DNA of 44,874 bases from a virus (Duplodnaviria > Caudoviricetes): IMG/VR virus record IMGVR_UViG_3300027819_000019, positions 1 through 44,874 of that record; one strand, written 5' to 3'. Both the position numbers and the translations under genes were made by a program. Below the pieces are notes generated by a model, which saw only the letters and a list, made by a program, of their open reading frames with translations, did no database searches and was not told where the DNA came from. Positions 42,482 through 44,874 of the stretch are shown here, in pieces. Each line of letters starts with the position of its first letter. Position 1 is the first letter of the stretch.

Positions 42482-44376
42482 TGGCCCGTAAGCCGAAGGT
42501 CCCCCCTCCGCCCACCATCGAGGAAATCATGGCGCGGAAGTCCGACGCCGAGCGGTTCTGGGGACCCCTCCACGCCGAGCAGGAGTTGGACAACCAATAC
42601 TTCCAACTCGCCCGTCCGGTCAACGCCCCCGTCGAATACCAGAGCGATGTCTACTACCCCGCCACGGGGAACAGCATCGTCACCACGCTTGCCGACCACG
42701 TGGCAGGGGACTCTCCCCAAATCAAGGTGCCCGAGGCGAACCAGACCCTCAAAGCCGGGAAGCGCAGTGACACCCTAGAGCAGTGCTACGTCGCCGCGCT
42801 CGGTCGCTTCCGCGATGTCCAGCGCGCTGACCCCATCCGGGCGCTCGTCATCAGCGCCGGGTGGGCCGGGCAGATGATTTCGCAGGGACCAATCTTCGAC
42901 CCCTCGGTCTGGGGCGAGAAGCCGACGATGGGGAAGTACCGAAGCGACGGCGACTACAAGGACGACATGGACGAGTACGAGGCTCGCCAGCGCACCGAGT
43001 GGCCGTTCTACTGGAAGATTCACGACCCGCGCTTCGTGTTCCCCGACCCCGGAACGCACGGCCGCAAGTGGGTCATCGTCTCGTGCCGCAGGACCGTGGG
43101 CGACATCTCGGCCCAGTGGCCGTCGTGGGACCGTCGCATCGACGGGATGAGCCGCGCGGACGCGCCGCTCCCCGACATGCATGAGGTCGAGTGGCTGGAG
43201 TATTGGGACGCCCACTACCGGGTCTATCTGGCCGGGTCCACGCCCATCGACAAGATTCGGCCTCATCGGTACGGCAAGCCGCCGTTCCAGATTCGCTCTG
43301 CCGGGCTCGGCAAGGAGTCTCCGGGCGTCGGGCTCGTCCACGAGATGTACCGCTCCATGCTCTTCCCCGTGCGCTCGCCGCTCGACGCGGAAATCCAGTC
43401 CGCCTCGCAGGTCCGGGTCATGTACCGCAACACCGCGTGGAGCACGATGCTCGCTCCGGCCAACTCCGGCTTCACGAAGATGTCTCCCGGCAAGGTCATC
43501 CAGATTCGGAAGGCCGAGGACATCGCTGCCATCCGTCCCGTCTCCGAGTACCGCGCCGATGTCATCCAGGGCCTCATGGCGGAGAAGGAATCCATCGGTC
43601 AGGACATCGAGCAGGGAACCTATCCGAACGTCGTGAAGGGCATCAAGGCGAAGGGCATCAACTCCGGCTACGGTCAGAACTCGCTCGTCGCGCAGGCGAA
43701 GGTGCGGTTCGGCCCGGTCGTCGTGGAACTCCAGTCCCTGCTCTCCGAGTTCGTGAGCGACTTCGCCCGCTGCGTGGAGAACGTGGTGGCGGAGCCGCTT
43801 CCGGTCTGGGGTCCGCTTGCCGGTGGATTCGTCGATGTCGTCCTGAAGCCCGAGGACATCAACGGCTACTACTACAACGTCGTGACGGTGAACCCGAAGC
43901 TCCCGGTGGACCGCGCCACGGAGATCGAGGTTGGGAACCTCCTCCTCCAGGTCGGTGCCATCGACATGGACACCTACATCAGTGACTTCGCCGGATACGA
44001 GCAGCCCGGCAAGATGCGCCTGCGAGTGCTGCGGGACAAAATCATGTCCTCCCCGGAGTTCACCCGCATCGCCACCGTCGCAGCCGCGATGGAGACGGGC
44101 CTTGTGGACTACGCGCTCGACGTGGCGAACCGCGCGGGCGTGGACCCGATGCCGTTCCTCCAAGTGCTCGGCTTCGGCGTTCCCGGCCAGCAGCAGATGC
44201 CCGGCGCGGTCGCGCCCGTGAACCCCGCGATGGCCGCCGCCCAGCACACGCCGTCGAACGCCGCGAACGCCACGGCGGGCAGCCCGGCGTCTCCGAGCAT
44301 CACACCAACCGCGCCCGAGGGGTCGCCGATGGCCGTCCGCAACGCTGCCGCCCCCGGAGTTCCCATCGGTGCCTAA
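42481..44376 (+). CDS. Portal protein
   Basis: 631 aa after terL; DPR.VFPDP, EYWD, H.YG.PPF, SGY motifs of podovirus-type portals; Pro/Ala tail. Confidence 0.8.
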   Translation: MARKPKVPPPPTIEEIMARKSDAERFWGPLHAEQELDNQYFQLARPVNAPVEYQSDVYYPATGNSIVTTLADHVAGDSPQIKVPEANQTLKAGKRSDTLEQCYVAALGRFRDVQRADPIRALVISAGWAGQMISQGPIFDPSVWGEKPTMGKYRSDGDYKDDMDEYEARQRTEWPFYWKIHDPRFVFPDPGTHGRKWVIVSCRRTVGDISAQWPSWDRRIDGMSRADAPLPDMHEVEWLEYWDAHYRVYLAGSTPIDKIRPHRYGKPPFQIRSAGLGKESPGVGLVHEMYRSMLFPVRSPLDAEIQSASQVRVMYRNTAWSTMLAPANSGFTKMSPGKVIQIRKAEDIAAIRPVSEYRADVIQGLMAEKESIGQDIEQGTYPNVVKGIKAKGINSGYGQNSLVAQAKVRFGPVVVELQSLLSEFVSDFARCVENVVAEPLPVWGPLAGGFVDVVLKPEDINGYYYNVVTVNPKLPVDRATEIEVGNLLLQVGAIDMDTYISDFAGYEQPGKMRLRVLRDKIMSSPEFTRIATVAAAMETGLVDYALDVANRAGVDPMPFLQVLGFGVPGQQQMPGAVAPVNPAMAAAQHTPSNAANATAGSPASPSITPTAPEGSPMAVRNAAAPGVPIGA

Positions 44377-44611
44377 CCAGAAGCACCCCCACTTCGAGGC
44401 CGCGCAGATGGCCGCCCTCGACCTCAACGAAATGCTGAAGGGCATGAAGGATTCCCCCTACGGCCAGTTCCCGATGAAGGGTCCGTCGAGAGGAACGCAG
44501 GCGCGCCAGGAGCGCATCGCCAACGCCCCGCCCGACATCCAGGGGCTTGTGGGCGAGGGTCATACACTTGAGTTCGTGGACAGGCTTGTGAAGGAGATGG
44601 GCGATGGCTGA
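44369..44611 (+). CDS. Small hypothetical protein
   Basis: 8-nt overlaps with both neighbours. Confidence 0.6.
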   Translation: MPNQKHPHFEAAQMAALDLNEMLKGMKDSPYGQFPMKGPSRGTQARQERIANAPPDIQGLVGEGHTLEFVDRLVKEMGDG

Positions 44612-44874
44612 AATCTTCGACCCAACCCTTTTCCTTGCCGAGGACAACCCGGGCGACACGCCCGCCGACCCCGACGAGGCGAATGCCATCCGTATGGAGC
44701 GCCAGTCCATCGCATCGAAGGCCGGGTACAACACCTGGAACGAGTACACCCGCGCTGTCGGAGAGCTGAAGGCGCTCCAGGCGCAGAATGCCGCCCTCGA
44801 CATCAAAAAGCTCCAGGCTGAGATTGCTCGGGGCGGCGAGGTATCTCCGAGCACCATCGCCCAATTGGCGCAGT
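44604..44874 (+). CDS. 5' part of the join-spanning internal virion protein (MAEIFDPTLF...)
   Basis: AAGGAG SD; open to the contig end and in frame with 134-1513. Confidence 0.75.
   Translation, partial: MAEIFDPTLFLAEDNPGDTPADPDEANAIRMERQSIASKAGYNTWNEYTRAVGELKALQAQNAALDIKKLQAEIARGGEVSPSTIAQLAQ
44732..44874. repeat. Terminal direct repeat, right copy
   Basis: 142/143 identical to 1-143. Confidence 0.95.

Overview
The window is an apparently complete, circularly assembled, high-GC tailed phage genome of about 44.73 kb (positions 1-143 recur at 44732-44874 with one mismatch). It is podovirus-like: no tape measure or tail tube is visible, and there are large internal-virion-type proteins. The rightward arm runs from terS (34733) through a sugar-enzyme cluster, terL, portal, internal virion proteins, scaffold, an N4-gp56-type major capsid protein, glycosyltransferases, tail and lysis genes, to an SDR epimerase. 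The leftward arm (34566 to 22707) holds many small translationally coupled genes: RadC/JAB, SSB, NinG-like nuclease, DnaA-domain-IV-like HTH, a secreted transglycosylase and an NDP-sugar C-methyltransferase. Highlights: (1) a distributed sugar-tailoring and glycosylation toolkit (nucleotidyltransferase, HAD phosphatase, a His-for-Lys ColD/E1-type PLP enzyme, SDR, C-methyltransferase, five glycosyltransferase domains), probably decorating Ser/Thr-rich virion proteins; (2) a group I intron with a LAGLIDADG endonuclease splitting the major capsid gene, with splice sites predictable from P1/P10 pairing; (3) small gene and domain cassettes bounded by short direct repeats that duplicate gene junctions, so gain or loss keeps translational coupling intact; (4) a hairpin-plus-GGCAAG leader architecture in the early region. 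No integrase, repressor, polymerase, primase, helicase, tRNA or CRISPR array was recognised. All family calls are by-eye motif recognition; no searches were run.
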